From Nitrososphaeria archaeon (lineage in GTDB: Archaea; Thermoproteota; Nitrososphaeria; JACIWG01), in NCBI GenBank assembly GCA_029776125.1, contig JARVJS010000006.1, positions 1 to 39,590 of the forward strand: a stretch of DNA of 39,590 nt. The letters run 5' to 3'. A program made the translations under genes and the position numbers. The first letter of the stretch is position 1, and every line of letters begins with the position of its first letter. The notes under the pieces were generated by a model, which was not told the DNA's origin, did not search any database, and saw only the letters and a program-made list of their open reading frames with translations. Below are positions 37,503-39,590 of this stretch, piece by piece.

Positions 37503-38820
37503 TTTTTTCTCCTATAGTAAAAAGATTGTAAGAATCAAACTTAACTATTTGTTTTGGAACAGGTACTAATTGTAACATTGTTCTAGTTAAATGTGGTGTA
37601 AAATCTTGATATACATTTTGCAAGTATTCTTGTATTTGTTCGCTATTTAAATAAATTTCTAATTTCTGTAAATCTATTTTTACGTCTGTATGTGGAACAA
37701 GATGATATTCTTCTCGCCATGGGTAACACTTCCAATCAATTGCACATACTAACTTAGTTCCTTTTGTATGTCCTACTACTAAATGCGGAAATGAGTAAAA
37801 ATGTCTTAATGTGGCTACTTTTTTCTTTGGAATCCACCACCCACTAAAACAGTTATCATAATCAATTTTTCCTGCTTTTAAGTTACGTCCAGTTAGAACA
37901 GGAACATAACCTTTTTGCGGAACATTACTCAATAGACCGCTTTTACGATATTCGGGACTTCGTGCAGCAAAATGAATATTGAACAATGAACCAAGTGGAA
38001 TACCAGATCTTTCAAATATTATCCATTCAGGAGAATCAAAGCGTATTAATTCTCCTTCATATTCAGACTTACTAATTGAGCATGAAGGCAACAAATGGTT
38101 CAATTTTACTTCTACTGGAAAACAATTGTTATTTGCTAAATTATATAATTTAAGTCCTTTTTGTCCTTTTGTAAATTTAAGCACTACCGCAGAAACGTTA
38201 ATTTTTGGAAAAACTTTGCCGACATAAAATACTTCAATAAGTCCATGCTTGGCAAGAAACTTGCGTAAATATTTAAAATCATCTAAAATTAGCCACGTCG
38301 TTGGCACTATAAATACTAACCTACCATTTTGTTTAAGTAAATTTATAGCCTTTTCTATAAAGGCACCATAAACATTATATTTACCGCTCCAGGTAACAAA
38401 GCGTTTCTTATATTCTTTTTTAAAATTTTTTAAAGTATAAATAGGATAATGTGAAGCATCTCCAATAATACCATAAGGGGGATTGCCAATAATTATATCA
38501 AAGCGTTCAGAAGTGTCCCATAATAAAAAATCAGTATTAATTAGGTTAATTTTTATATTTCTATCAAATTTTATGCAATTCAACGCTTGTAAATTAATAT
38601 CTATACCAACAAAACGATGATTTTTACCATAAGCAAGAGCAAATTGTTTAAGAAATCTTGCATCACCACAGGCAGGATCTAAAACACTACAAGAATCTTT
38701 ACATGGTCCGGCTAAGTGAATTATAAAATCCACAATTTCATAAGGCGTTGAAACAAAACCAAGAGAACGATATTCTTCCTTATTTATATTTGCACAAAAT
38801 TCAGGCACTGTGTCTATCAC
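37489..38820 (-). CDS. taqIM: M.TaqI-like N6-adenine DNA methyltransferase
   Basis: LDPACG, GNPPYGI, GKYN.YGAF.EKA, FAARSPE, VPVLTGRNLK, HTKGT, YPWREE and PHLT, as recalled for M.TaqI. Confidence 0.92.
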   Translation of the reverse strand: MIDTVPEFCANINKEEYRSLGFVSTPYEIVDFIIHLAGPCKDSCSVLDPACGDARFLKQFALAYGKNHRFVGIDINLQALNCIKFDRNIKINLINTDFLLWDTSERFDIIIGNPPYGIIGDASHYPIYTLKNFKKEYKKRFVTWSGKYNVYGAFIEKAINLLKQNGRLVFIVPTTWLILDDFKYLRKFLAKHGLIEVFYVGKVFPKINVSAVVLKFTKGQKGLKLYNLANNNCFPVEVKLNHLLPSCSISKSEYEGELIRFDSPEWIIFERSGIPLGSLFNIHFAARSPEYRKSGLLSNVPQKGYVPVLTGRNLKAGKIDYDNCFSGWWIPKKKVATLRHFYSFPHLVVGHTKGTKLVCAIDWKCYPWREEYHLVPHTDVKIDLQKLEIYLNSEQIQEYLQNVYQDFTPHLTRTMLQLVPVPKQIVKFDSYNLFTIGEKNGKH

Positions 38821-38866
38821 AAATTTTGTTTTTCCTTAATTTTTTTAATCTTGCATTTTTGTTTGT

Positions 38867-39205
38867 CTAACTGTTTTTTCTATAAAGTTCGCTTTTAAGA
38901 ACAATTTGATCTTGAACGTGCATGTCATTGTCTTTTAATGAGACAATAAGTTCTAAATTTAAGATTTTTGCAACCTTTCTTAAGGTCCTTAAGGAATAAT
39001 TATCATAAAAAGGATTTTCAAGCCTTGATACTGTGGACTGAGATGTCCCAAGTAATTTTGCAAGTTCCTTCTGAGTTAGACCTCTTTTTTCTCTGTAATA
39101 AGCAATTTCAGTTGCAATTCTTGTTTTTTCAAGCCCCCTGTAGAATTCTTCTTTTATTTTCTCATCTTTAAATTGTTCCCTTAAAACCTTTTCAAATTTT
39201 TTCAT
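38867..39205 (-). CDS. XRE-family HTH regulator heading the R-M operon (controller or HigA-like)
   Basis: REKRGLTQKELAKLLGTSQSTVSRLEN. Confidence 0.85.
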   Translation of the reverse strand: MKKFEKVLREQFKDEKIKEEFYRGLEKTRIATEIAYYREKRGLTQKELAKLLGTSQSTVSRLENPFYDNYSLRTLRKVAKILNLELIVSLKDNDMHVQDQIVLKSELYRKNS

Positions 39206-39212
39206 TTATTAT

Positions 39213-39242
39213 ATTTTATCTCAAATTTGAGATATTTGTCAA
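39213..39242 (-). promoter_or_regulatory. leaderless promoter with palindromic operator
   Basis: TTGACA-N18-TAAAAT, with ATG 7 nt downstream; perfect palindrome TATCTCAAATTTGAGATA at 39217-39234. Confidence 0.72.
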
Positions 39243-39340
39243 TAAAAAATTTCACCCAATCAACTGAAATGTGATAACAGATATTTCTATGAAATCTATG
39301 ATTAGTTTCTGATACCAAAGTGAACTTTTTGTTCAGACTA

Positions 39341-39392
39341 CACCATTGCGTAAAATCGCTTTAGAGACACTTTTTAGCTTTGACCTATACCT
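39341..39392. repeat. 52-bp direct repeat, right flank of the R-M cassette
   Basis: Matches 35891-35942. Confidence 0.92.
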
Positions 39393-39590
39393 TAATATCC
39401 CCCTTTTTTTCACTTTCTTTGCCCCAGAGGAACTAAATCCCTTTTTTTCCATAAAATTATCTTAAATTTCTTAAGATAATTTACATTATCTTAAATATAC
39501 CCTTTCGTCTATCAATTTTGTATAGTCATAAACTTATAGTTAAATTTGATAGTCATGAGAGGAGTGCGCATCCTCGGCAAGGCCATGCCC

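Noticed and set aside
39555-39590. GC-rich terminal 36 bp as an element boundary
   Set aside because: Too short to interpret at the window edge.

Overview
AT-rich window that reads as part of a large mobile element, most likely a megaplasmid or ICE; a large phage is not excluded. From left to right it contains: a 5'-truncated PMM/PGM gene; a YdjM-like hydrolase, a wHTH protein, scpB and an SbcD/SbcC pair; a type IV CRISPR-Cas locus (csf2-csf3-csf1-cas6, an 11-repeat array, dinG, then a 7-repeat mosaic array); a UvrD-like helicase, an RNase HI-SWIM fusion and an RHH gene; a minimal type III-A locus (HD-dead cas10, csm2-4, no csm5, a 2-spacer array, a Card1/Can2-like effector, cas6); topB, nrdD, dut and other metabolism genes; a minus-strand region of small hypothetical genes built on repeated promoter, hairpin and terminator modules, with a candidate multi-hairpin ncRNA; and a TaqI-like R-M cassette with two endonuclease paralogs between 52-bp direct repeats. 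No cas1/cas2 is present. The main non-coding signals are a fixed-length 31-bp motif (TTTTGATACATTnnnGTACCCTATATRTAGR) heading six plus-strand operons, including both cas operons, and an identical boxA-like 17-mer upstream of all three arrays. Family calls come from motif recognition by eye; no database searches were run.
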